Positions 13,848 to 25,600 of a stretch of 64,000 nt of DNA are shown in pieces. Both the position numbers and the translations under genes were made by a program. Under the pieces are notes generated by a model. That model saw only the letters and a program-made list of their open reading frames with translations, had not been told where the DNA came from and ran no database searches. Within the stretch, counting starts at the first letter, position 1, and every line of letters starts with the position of its first letter. The stretch is from Nemertoderma westbladi (lineage: Eukaryota > Animalia > Xenacoelomorpha), in assembly GCA_032718475.1 (NCBI GenBank), contig JAUCBJ010005021.1:16451-80450 (forward strand), written 5' to 3'.

Positions 13848-15249
13848 CTGTATAACATAATATAATAATATAATTATCATATAAAAAGTATTACTTACTG
13901 TACAGTAAATTTAGTACTTTAGTAAGAAATTATTATTTAGCCGTACAATAAACATTATACCAATTATATTTCCCAAAACGTTATGAGTTATAGTTAATTA
14001 GACAAGAAAGCTTGTGTTAGGCCTCGACCGTGCGACCATTAGTCGCCAAAAACGGGTCGAATGGGATTTGTCGAAAATACCGTAATCTCAACGGTTTGTT
14101 GATATAATGAGTTGTATTTTAAACTTGAAGTCATGTGAAAACGATTTGTAGAAAATACTGTAGTATGTTAAAAGTGAATTAAGGGCCGTGGTCTGTACGT
14201 GTTGTATCGGACAATCTCTCTGTTATGGCCTGCCTACGCTATTTGGAGGGTACGGTAATTATATAATTGTTTAATAAAAACTAGCGGGAATAAATACATC
14301 GATCTCCATCTACTGTAGTAGTCTCCTGAGAGCTTGTGAAGTAGGTTAGAAGTAGTTTCTACGATTAGAGTTGATGATATATGTCAAAGTTGTAAATATT
14401 GATAAATTTTCTCGGAATCTTTCTTCTCCGACCGAGGATGTGCCGTGGGTATATACCAATGGGAGCAGCACATTCGCCTGAAAGAAAAGCGCACCCATCT
14501 ACTGCATTGGAAAATCAATACCGTACACCGTAGCATAGAATAGTTTTGTATATTCGTATTTACCTATGCCATTCTGTTTGTGTAACAAAATCCATTATTG
14601 ATGTGGGAAAGCTCATTTATTATACCCCCTTAAGGGAGAGCCCCAGCCACATACAATGTCAAACTCAAGGCCAAACAGCAACGTTACAGTGCAGCGGTAA
14701 TCCAATCCCACCAAATTCCGCATATTAAAATTTTCATTTTTAAACTGTGAAAACATGTTGGTTGTTTAAATTCATACGAAAGTGACATTTAACATGGCAT
14801 TTTGGGTGGGGTTCAGATTGACCAAGCAAATGTCGTACAATAACGAGTTTTACTAAGTGAGTGCCAGCCCAGCATGCCAGGGGTTCCAGACAAAAAAAGA
14901 CTAAATAGCGTTAACAAATATTATTCTTTATAATATTAATATACTACACTAGATATAAAATAGTAATATATTATCCTCAGTCTCTTTCATCACCCATGTT
15001 CAGTTCACTTATCTCAAGTTCACTTCCCTAGTAGCCTACTAAAATATCTTGTGTTTCATAAGTTGGTAGTTATTCTAGTTGAGGTTACGGAACTGGTTAA
15101 ATTTCATCTTGGCTTCGGCGACTCTCTCATCGACAACAACATCTCGTGGATGTCGACCGTTGGGAGCTGCTCTACGGAACAGTTGTGAAGTTCTCGCGGA
15201 GTTGTAGTTGAGCATTTCACTAGACCGCTACGCCACCACTCAGCTCGGC

Positions 15250-15730
15250 ATGGTTATCTGTTCGTGGTCCATCTATAACCTCATTGAGGTTGCAAAGTAA
15301 CGGCTGTGGGTGTTCGAGGAACCATTGACGCTATAAGTAGTTCGAGAACCGCAATAGACCCGCATCAATCAATGCTCAATAATTATTCAACAAGTTCTTA
15401 AATTCTCTGACTGGGGGCAGATGGGACAGTTGTTGGGGATGGAAGTGCACTGGGCGTAGAATGGGAAAACACGTATGATTACAATCTCCATGGAGAAAAA
15501 TATCAACCGACTCTATTGGGGTTAACTGGATAGATATACACTAGAACTAGATAGTAACTGAAGACGCATGTTGTGAAGTTTGATACTTGGAAAGTGGTTT
15601 CGAGCCACAATGGGGTCGATTGATATTTTTCACTATGGAGGTTGAGGTCCAGCACCTGGCGTTCGGCAGAACTAAGATGATAGTTCCGGATAGTGATCTC
15701 AGATTCCCGGAACGATGGATTCATTAGTTT
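15250..15730 (-). pseudogene. Highly degraded CR1/L2-type LINE endonuclease fragment
   Basis: Minus strand gives ITIRNY, LWLE, VYIYP and DIFLHGDCNH (GDFN-like), with stops and frameshifts. Confidence 0.4.
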
Positions 15731-18700
15731 ATTACTGACATCCTAGCTGGCTATCAGATGGAAGGAGTTGTAAGTATAGTCCGGGTGGGGATGGATTTGT
15801 ATGATCTCATCCTATTGAATCTTCCCCATAGCTGGAATTATCGCCGCCCTGTCCTTATCATTGAGTCTACCAGAAAAACCCCAAGTCAAGTGCACACCCC
15901 TTGACTTGTAGGTAACAGCCAAGAGAGATAAGAGCCTTGGTGTTTATTATTATTATATTCTATATTACAGATACCACCCCAAAAAATTATTTTAGTAAAG
16001 AAGTAAAGACGATATCATACCAGCAACAATCTGGTAACCATCACAAGGAATGCGTAGCCGCGGTAGACCGACTATGGCATATTCAGAAAGGGATACTGGA
16101 CTTGGGAGAAACGAAATTGCGACAACTATGGAGAATCGGGAAGCTTGGAAGGATCTCATTTCCACTGCCCGAGTTCGTTAGACCCAGTAGTAGTAGATGG
16201 ATCCCAAGTTTGGGGCTACCATGGATGTAAGGATGTGGAAAAAAATTTATCAAATTCCTGAAAAGGGATGCTGGATTATCGTACAACACTCCCAACTTTA
16301 AAGTTTATGGCGAACTCGAGTTTTCCCCCTGAAAGTCAGTGAAAGTCATATCTAAATTATTTATATTTATCATATTTAAATTCTGGCTAAAAATTATAAA
16401 AAATTAACAGAGGTTATGTTAATAAAAAGCTAGCATAGGCTATATTAGTCTGAAACACAGTGTGGGAAATCTTGGGGCGGGCTACACAAGTTTTACCTTT
16501 TAGATAGCATTACTTTAGTAGTACCTTTTAAATAGTTAATAGGCGGGTGAGTACAAAACAAAGACCAAAACCCACGACCCACTGTACAAAACAAAGAGGT
16601 AAAGTTGCGTTCGGTCCCAAAGAAAGAGCGTTAGGGTTAACGTTATGTAAAGGAGCAGGTTACAGAGGCGTGTTGGGGGAACCAAAACAATAAACGAAAG
16701 TTAGCACATGTTACAACAACGGACAAACATTGCTTCCTAGCTACTGTTAAACAAAAAGACAGAGGAAAATGCATAAAATGCAGTAAAATGCAGAAAAATT
16801 ACATGGTATAGATAATTATGGTGGCATCCTTTACGTAAAAAAATTGGTTTGCGTAATCTCTAATCTAAATTACATAGGGCCATTTCGGACTTCAGTACAG
16901 CAGGTGCTGTTGTTATAACCTCTATATCAAATCGGGAAGATGGACCGACTTGCTGACCATAACAAAGGGCACCGAGCTGGTTAAACAGCTTCTAAGATGA
17001 GAATGCCTTAGCCGTTTCAGCCGATTTTGTGTTAATCTATAAAAAATGAAATGTACATTGTACAGTGTACACTATATTCTACTTGTGTAATAATTCAGAT
17101 TTAATTGTGTTGATCAGTTTATTGTGCAGGGTATAAATAAAAAATAAATTGTAGCAACAACCCGTGTTTCAGGACAGTAACCAACAACCAGGTATCTTTT
17201 TAACACAACATGCCAAAAAAAGTTATTTTAGTTGAGGCCAATATTCTGTTGTATCATTTCGTAAAATTGCTCTGGTATCTTTCTTTACTTAATAATAATT
17301 GTTATAAGGAACTAAAACAGTGGATGGAAACCCGGTAGGTCTTTTGACAGGTCCCATTATAGAAAAAATTATAGGTAATTTCTGTGAATGAAAAGGATAT
17401 GTCATTCTTTCATTTCTGAGACGCAAAACAACCCTGCTGTCACCCGGAGGTGTATTTGTGAACCGGGTTAAAAACTTTTGTGTTAAATTCAAGGTAGCAA
17501 TAATACTTTTTGAGATGTATTCGATGTTAACTCCCTCCCGATGAGGTGTTAATTACTTCCTTATACTGTACTTATGTTTAAAGTAAGAAAAAAATTGGCT
17601 TTACTTGGTCAAAGTGTAATTATATTAGTATTCTGTACCACTATCTTGTCACCGAATGGCGTGAAGCCTATACGTTATGGAATTGCAATGCGCCTTTTAA
17701 ACTATAATTAACCAAGATTGCAGAGGCATCGGATTACCAATTTTTAATCAAAGATAATAGTTCCATCCATAGCGATGACTGTGTGATTATTTATAATATA
17801 GTGTAACGGAAAAAAAATCCTAAAGCTAATCCCTATAGTATAGAAGGCCTGCGGTAAAATGGATCAGGATTAAAATATATGAAAGTATCGGAGAATACAT
17901 TACACTAAAGGATCCCTAATTCTATGTTGAAGTATCAAATATATAATTACTGAGTATTATTCTACTGTATAATTATGAATTGATACAAACAATACGCGAC
18001 ACCATTAGGGGCCAACCCATAGGGGTGTTGGGGGGTGCGGCACCACCCTCAATATTTTCTTTTTTTGGGAGGGGGGGGGGGGGGGTGTTGCTAAAAACTG
18101 TGAAGATATAAATTGATATTCCCAAACTGATAAGATTACAGTTTGTACGCTACCAATTGTTTCTTATTTTAAACGTAATTATAAGGAAGTTAAATTAAAA
18201 TTAAAATTATAATTAAACGTAATTATAATGATTGTTTGAGATTTTCGTATGTGGTTGTGCTATTGGTGCATGTAAGCACAAATAGTTGCATAATCTTTAC
18301 CACAGCAGTAATATTTATTTTTGAGATGTCACCCTGGCCCTTAAAATGATTCTTTGTCTTCAGTTGTCCCTTGGGATATAAAGCTTCGTTTTAGAGTCTT
18401 CTAAATACTTATTAATATTATGTTGATTAGAGTAAGGCACTCTCTTAATATAATGCTGAGAATTAGATTGATGATGCCCTGATGACACAGGTTCCACGGG
18501 TTTAATTGTAAGTGAACTTTCATGGACTAGCTGGTCATTAGTTATTCCTGATATGAAATCGTTGTCAATAGATGATGATCTAGGTTCACTGTGAAAATTG
18601 TACCTGTTACTGTAGTTACAGTAGGAACTGGGTGTTGTGAATTCTGGATGGGTAATATTTTTCCTCTTTTTTGTTGTTCCCAAGAATCTTCCGCAATGTT

Positions 18701-18875
18701 AAGGGAGGCCATTCATTTGCAAAGTGGTTGTCGGCTGCAATAGAACATTGTGTAATAGATCCAACTGTCTACTCATATTTTTCATCGCTTCCATAATGAA
18801 TGAGACGTAACTAGCGTTTGAGTGTGAGGGTTTGCAACATGAATTCGAAAATGTGAGCCATCACAGTCATGGAAC

Positions 18876-19167
18876 CTAATTAACGTAACCTGCTTTTGTG
18901 GATATCACGGGAATCGGAGTTGTGGAACGGGATCCAGTTTGTGATTTCGACCTGCCCGTGTAATTTATTACATCTCTCCCAGGAGGGATGTAATTAATGG
19001 CACGGGCATGGTCGACGAAATCCTCTTGATAGAGTTTTGTACATAAATGTTTTGTATCTATGCATACTTCATCAGTGAATGTGCTTGTAAGTATTGATAG
19101 AAATGCATCTACAATGGTTGTACTGAAATAATCTTTGGCACTAAAATAATTCGTGGCCGGATCAGAT
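18876..19167 (-). pseudogene. Ulp1/SENP (C48)-like peptidase remnant split by the LTR element; its 5' part is at 34792-34834
   Basis: Rejoining the flanks across the CAGAT TSD gives MSKTRKNPITLAESDPATNYFSAKDYFSTTIVDAFLSIL..., similar to the Ulp1 N-terminal I.L...D...L....WL.D.II..YL motif. Catalytic part degraded. Confidence 0.45.
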
Positions 19168-20328
19168 TGTAAAAGCTTTTGCGGATGTAACAAGCTATTT
19201 TTCTCCGCAATATACCGAGTAGGTATTTTAGCGGACATAACAAGCGATTTTGCCCGCTATGTCTGCATGTGTGCTTTAGCGGACATAAAAAGCCATTTTT
19301 CTCCGCAATAAGCTCAAATACTCTAAACATCGGAACTCAGATGACGACATCTATCAGCTGTGTCCACAGTGTAACTTTTTCTTTGTTCTTTGTTAGTTCT
19401 TTGTTCGGTCGACCAATCAGAGCGGTTTTCACTCTGTGTTGGACATTGTATACAGAAACTCACGCAATTCAGTCAGTGTGTATTTTTCCTGATGCCAGAA
19501 GACCGGCTTTGGAATTTCTGTGTTTCAGGCTTTAGCCAAACATTAGTAGGCTTGATCATAGAAACGTATAACTGTTATCTAATCAATCCAAACCACAAAC
19601 CAAACTGGCAAATCAGCCTGTCATATCTCATCCAAACACCGCATTATTTTACTGCTATTTACTGTCGGTTATTATTGTATCAGTTGATGGAATATTGTTA
19701 TATTTGGATAATATCAATAAATAATCAGAAAACCCCAATCTCCTTGATATACTGAAGGTTAGAGAGACTGGTTACATATAACAATTGCGACTTACATTAA
19801 AGTGGTTTTGGAGTGAATATAATGCTATTTCATAGGCACTACATGTGTCGGTTGCTGTTCTCTTTATATGTGACTAAAATTAGTGAAGGTCGGCAGATCG
19901 GTGTGCAGTATTATGCGGTAGTGTGCATGAGTGTGGTAGATAACAAAGCATCTCCTAAAGAATGCGCTTTATACGTGAATCAATAGCCATCCTGTCAGCC
20001 TGTTGTGCTTAGTGTAAGTCATAACTCTGTTTACATACTTAGAGCGCCACGTCCTAAAGGAACTGTTGATATTTCCCGAAAGTGAATAATATTTGTCAGA
20101 GATTATATATTAACGATCAATCGAATAATACAGTATGCCTACACCGCAATAAGGTCAGAGCTTCCGAATCCAGTCTCCCGGGTATATCCAGCGGGTGAAT
20201 GGTCGCGCATAGGCTGGCTTCGGCTAATGTAGTGTATCCAATACTCGTCATAGGCTAAAGTCGATTTATAACCTAGAAGACACCTAAATTTGGCAGGTTA
20301 AACTGCTAAAGGTCTGAAAGCGCGAACA
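19168..20328 (+). repeat. 5' LTR (1161 bp)
   Basis: Begins TGTAAAAGC, ends GCGCGAACA; near-identical to 33646-34791 apart from a few substitutions and small indels. Confidence 0.97.
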
Positions 20329-20679
20329 ATAACAGTTATTGAATTCTGATTGCAGTGTAGGCAATAAATACAGTTTAATATTGTTCTGGTAAGAACAATA
20401 ACAGTTATAGCTTCTTTATTGCACGTAGGCAATAAAGGGCAAAAGTACCGGTCGACCGGTAACCAATAGGCCTGACTACCTAACCACCCGAACCGGTACT
20501 TACAGCAGTACAGGTACAGCAGTATTATTCGATTTTGATAATTATATACCGGTAGGCCTTAATATTTAATCAGGGACGGCCGCCCTGGTTTTTTATTGAG
20601 ATTTTACTTATTTCTGTCAGTTTTATTTATTTGTAGGTTAATATTGAGCAGAAGACGTGTAAGCCTGCTCAGATTGTAC

Positions 20680-21262
20680 AGATAATTTGTAGGCTGGACT
20701 GTTGTCTGACTGTTGTTAGGTCTGAAGAGATTGCGGTGTGTGTAGAGTGTATGTCCGATAAAGTACTAGTTAGGAACGTAGGGGCTTCCAGTGCTGTGAG
20801 GTAAATCCCCCTGAAAGAATAAGTCGTACTACTCGGTTAGAACGCATACTAACTAACCATTTCGGAGTCTGCATATACTGTAGTTTGTTTAGGCTTGATA
20901 GTAGTCTGCCAGCGTTTGGTCTGTATTTTTGTTTGTGTAGTCTGTACGGGTAGCGTAATATTTCTTATTTAGATAATTTGTAGGCTGGATTGTTGCCTGG
21001 CTGTTGTTAGGTCTGAAGAGATTGCGGTGTGTATAGAGTGTATGTCCGATAAAGTACTAGTTAGGAACGTAGGGGCTTCCAGTGCTGTGAGGTAAATCCC
21101 CCTGAAAGAATAAGTCGTACTACTCGGTTAGAACGCATACTAACTAACCATTTCGGAGTCTGCATATACTGTAGTTTGTTTGGGCTTGATAGTAGTCTGC
21201 CAGCGTTTGGTCTGTATTTTGTTTGAGTAGTCTGTACGCGTAGCGTAATATTTATTATTCAG
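20680..21262 (+). repeat. 291-bp tandem duplication in the retroelement leader
   Basis: AGATAATTTGTAGGCTGG... starts at 20680 and 20971; copies nearly identical. Confidence 0.93.
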
Positions 21263-22149
21263 AGTTTATGCGATTGTTCGCAACATTCACAACCCCAAGT
21301 TTATTCCTAGCTGTTTGGCGTAGGTAAAGACTGGTGATTTTATGCTCCTGTCACTCCGGCAGATACCGTGGTTCCTTTAGCTGTACAAGTATTTCTAACT
21401 GCTGGTTATTTGTTGTATAAGTGCTTGTACCTAATTTAGGGTTTAGTGTACAGTGCTTTCCGAAGGTAATTAGTGTGTAGGCAGTATATTTGTGTTGTAA
21501 AGTGGTTAATAGGCACGTTGGCTCTGGTAGGCCGCGGTAATTAACTTCTAGGTAGGAACACTCCGTGATACATAACGTAGTACTTATAGCGATACGGCTA
21601 TAAGTCGTCAGATGGTGGTATTTTTCCTATCTGGACAACGCAGCATATTTACTACTGCTTTGTTATTTTCAAATACCGTAGAATCCTGTCTGTTTGTAAT
21701 AACCAGATATTCTAACCCTTTGTTAGGCTGGTTCATAGACTTCTTGTAAAATTACCCTAAAAATTCGTACGTGTAATTTTTGTGTTTATTTAGAGATTGT
21801 AATCTCACCCCGAATTGTACGTAATTAGTAGTATTAAGTAACTTAGGCAAATTAGAATTATTTGTTTTAGTGTCCAACAAGTAGCACTTCACTGAGAGCG
21901 TACAGCTTCTGTGCAGTGACTCCTTCCCAGAAATAATAACATTTATTTCAAATATTGACAAAAACCCATTAAACGGGTATATATATATTATAAATCAACT
22001 CAAACCGATTTATAAAGTAGTAGGCCTGTCTTACCACAATTAGGTCTTAATGTCAGTTGGACTACTGCTTAAATAACGGTAATCAAGTAAAGTAAAGTAA
22101 ACAAGTAACCCCTAAAATTCAGAAATTCAATTATTCTAAAATAATTGAC

Positions 22150-22522
22150 ATACCGGTATTTACGATAGGCTTATTATATTTATTTCTATAAATTTAGGCT
22201 GAAATTATACCGGTATTCTGTAATTAATTCTAGTCCATAATTATACTTATATATACTATAAGTGTAAGCTGTATACCGGTATTCACGATAGGCCTATTCT
22301 ATATTTATATATTTGTGCTGAAATTATAGACCGGTATTCTGTGACAAACCTGTCTGTAATAATTATACTTATATATACTATAAGTGTAAGCTGTATACTG
22401 GTATTCACGATAGGCCTATTCTATATTTATATATTTGTGCTGAAATTATATACCGGTATTCTGTGACAAACCTAGTCTGTAATAATACTTATATATATAC
22501 TATAAGTATATACCGGTATTCT
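22150..22522 (+). repeat. ~120-bp tandem repeat (3 units) upstream of gag
   Basis: TAC(C/T)GGTATT(C/T)ACGATAGGC...TATACTATAAGT recurs at ~22151, 22275 and 22396. Confidence 0.9.
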
Positions 22523-22655
22523 AATATATTGTATATATATCACGTTACATAGAGTAACGATATCGGTAATTAATTACTAGGCTAACGGTGATACTGAATT
22601 ACTAGACTTGCTTTAACTGTAATATAGCAGTAGGCATTCAACTGTACAAACAAAC

Positions 22656-25600
22656 ATGTCTGACACAAAGCAAAACCTGTCAGACAGTCTCCAAGATACA
22701 ACCATCTGTGACCCGTACAGGAGTGTGGAATGTGTGAGACCGAAGTTCAACTCACCTCCTACTGTAAGAAAGATCATCCCTCCAGTAGTAGTATCAGACC
22801 CTAGGCTAGTCCAACACCGTAGGTCTATCATAGGCACTCGAGCTCGGGTCAAGCGGGACCAAGAGGCAGCTGTTGAACAGCAGCAACACTCGAGCCGAGA
22901 ACTTATTTCTCAGCGGCCCGACAGCTCCAGTAGTACGGATACTGTAGAGCTCACACCCGAGCGCGGAGCAAAGATGGCAGATGCGGTTTATTCGGATCCC
23001 CTTCTCATCCTTCCTGCAGCCGTACTCACTAGGGTATTGATTGCGGTGGAGGAACACCAGATTGATTGGGCGAGAAGTAAGCGATCGACCAAGGATAGTT
23101 ATGCGGGATACACAAGGGAAGAATTGAAGTCTATTGTCGAGTCGCAATGGAACTTCCCCGGACCCGGACTCCCGTTTGACTTATCGGAAGCTGCCTGGGA
23201 AGACATACACAGGATGGGAGTGACAAAAGAAACCAGCTATCCAGCTGTGTGGAAGAGGTCAGCAGCAGGATACGTACAGGGATTCTTCAGCTCTATGGAG
23301 CGATTAGAGGAACAACTGTTTCGACAACCCTAAGGACCTCAAGAGCAGGGAGAGCTGCTTTATCAAGTTAGAGAAAGAATTCTAAGAATCAGACTAATCC
23401 TATCGGCCTTTGAGGAAGCTTCGAAAAGAAGACAAGACACGTCGTTGCAAGTTGCTGTAAAGACTTGGTTCCAGCGGGTGAGTCTCCAGGTTCAAGGAAC
23501 GGCCCAGTGGACAGCTCGGCTGGCTGAGCGCTCAACCCATGGAGAATCAACAGACGCTACTTTTTCCCAAGTGGAAAGTGAAGCGACAGCTGAGAAACCG
23601 CATAAGAGGGATGCTATTGACATCTATCTGTCAGACTATCAACGATTTCTAGGTGACGAAGAGTTGAGGAGACGGTTGTCTGGACTTCGCCCTAATAGTG
23701 AAGGAACCAAGCTGGTGTTGGACGCAATAGATGTGGAAATGTTAGCTGCGAACCAAGCTAAATTTGATGAACGCCTCCGCATCGCTAGAGTCCAAGTAGA
23801 ACAAGTAAAGAAAAAACGTATAGAAGACAGAAAGATAGCAGCAGAGGCAGCAGCAGAGGCAGAAGCGGAAAGAAAGGCGGTAGAAGTGGAAAGAAAATTA
23901 GCAGTGGCAGAAGCAGAACGAAGAGCGTCTGAAGAGACCACCCAACTAGAGTTGGAAAATATCCAAGAGAATCAATACTGCATAAATAAACAGTTGACAG
24001 CTAGTCAAATGCAGATGATGAGTCGATCTACTCCCAAAAGACAGGGATATACATCATCTGATGAAGGCGATACCACCGATCCTGAAGGCGGAGGAAATAG
24101 ATCTCGTCTAAGCAGACGTAGAAGAATGTCCCATCATCAGAAATTGCCTGATTTGCCCCCAGCTGTTAGAAGGCAACTAACTAACACAGACTTAGGTAGT
24201 ACAGAACCCACAGACCAAATAATTAAAATAGAAAGACTCCCTACTATAGTAGATGAGCCTGAAATAATTAGGCCTGTTCTTGAAACCACCCCTTCGGTGA
24301 TAGAGACACCTGTGCTCCCAGAAACTACCTCTAAATTCCCTTTGCACAGCACTAAACTACCTGTGCACCACAAAACAACCCCTGAGACAGTTCCTGTCCT
24401 GGACTCCGAGCGAAATATCAATGATTTGTCGCCCGTTGTCCCTCGTCTACCCGCTACTACGTTGGCGGCTCCCGCTTCGGCGGTCGAGTGGGTGGATGAG
24501 GGGCGGCGGGGGATGAATCTCCTGCTCGGGCAGATGCAGGAGACTGTTCGTCAGTTTAAAGGAACAGTAAGGGAAAGAGGTTAGAGTTGCAAGAAGTGCA
24601 GCAAAGTATTGCGTTAGAACGCGATAAATTAGTAAATACACAAAGGGGTATACCACCACCCCCTGTAACAATGTGTCAACCTGTTAGGTCTGAAGTATTT
24701 CATGCGCAATGTGTGGAGCCTACACGCATCTATACTGCTAGTGAAGTGGAAACTCCTATAGTAAACCCTATTAAGGGTAATTATAAACCTGTTGACAATG
24801 ATATTCCATATAGACTTGATAATAATCTGAGAAATTTATATACCGATAACTCGATATTAAATAACACGATGGCCCAAGAAAGTTTTACGCGTCAAATGGC
24901 TAGAACCGAAGCCCGTCAAGCGGTAAAGGTGGGAGAGATCGTCAAGTTCAATGGAGATGAGATGAAATGGTTACCTTTTAATGAATATTACAAAGATAAC
25001 ATACAGAACTCTGTGCTATCTAACGGAGAGAAACTTAGATTCCTCATCGAGTGCTTGGAAGGATCTCCCAAGTTGATGGCGTTAAAGTTTATTGGACATC
25101 CAGATGGATTAAGACAAGTTTGGGATACACTAAACATCAGGTATGGTAATAGGAATAACATAGCTAGGTATTTATATGCAAAATTGGTAGCCCCCCGAAA
25201 GTTCATTAGCAGCGGGATTATAGAGTTTTCCGATGAGATTAAGGAGATCTGTAGACAATTAGATTGGCTAGGTAAGTCTCATGAATATCAGAGTTCTATG
25301 GTTATTGGAGCCGTGGCCTCTACTTTACCTAAGGGTGGAGTAGGTACACGCTGGGATAAGAAAGTGTTATATATGATGGAACAACAACGACGAGACCCTA
25401 CCATGGCTGATCTCATGTCATTCTTAGATGGAGAAGTGAAATTACAGCTCCTAAAGCAGTCCAGAGAGAAGACACTGGAAAACAAGGTAAGTGAGAAACC
25501 CGTTTCTAGGAGAAAGGTAACACCAGTGTGTTATACCGACGACGGTGAAAGCCAGGCTTCTCAAGAAGAAGACAGCGGGAAAGACACTGAAAGATCTTAT

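Noticed and set aside
16083-16295. Possible esterase-type LINE ORF1 remnant (LLLGLTN)
   Set aside because: Only one weak motif.
19109-19755. ORFs within or overlapping the LTRs (also 33614-34050)
   Set aside because: Short, no motifs, and frames differ between the two LTRs because of indels.
20720-20830. Hammerhead ribozyme in the 291-bp repeat (CTGAAGA...GAAA)
   Set aside because: No stem II closing onto GAAA and no stems I/III found.
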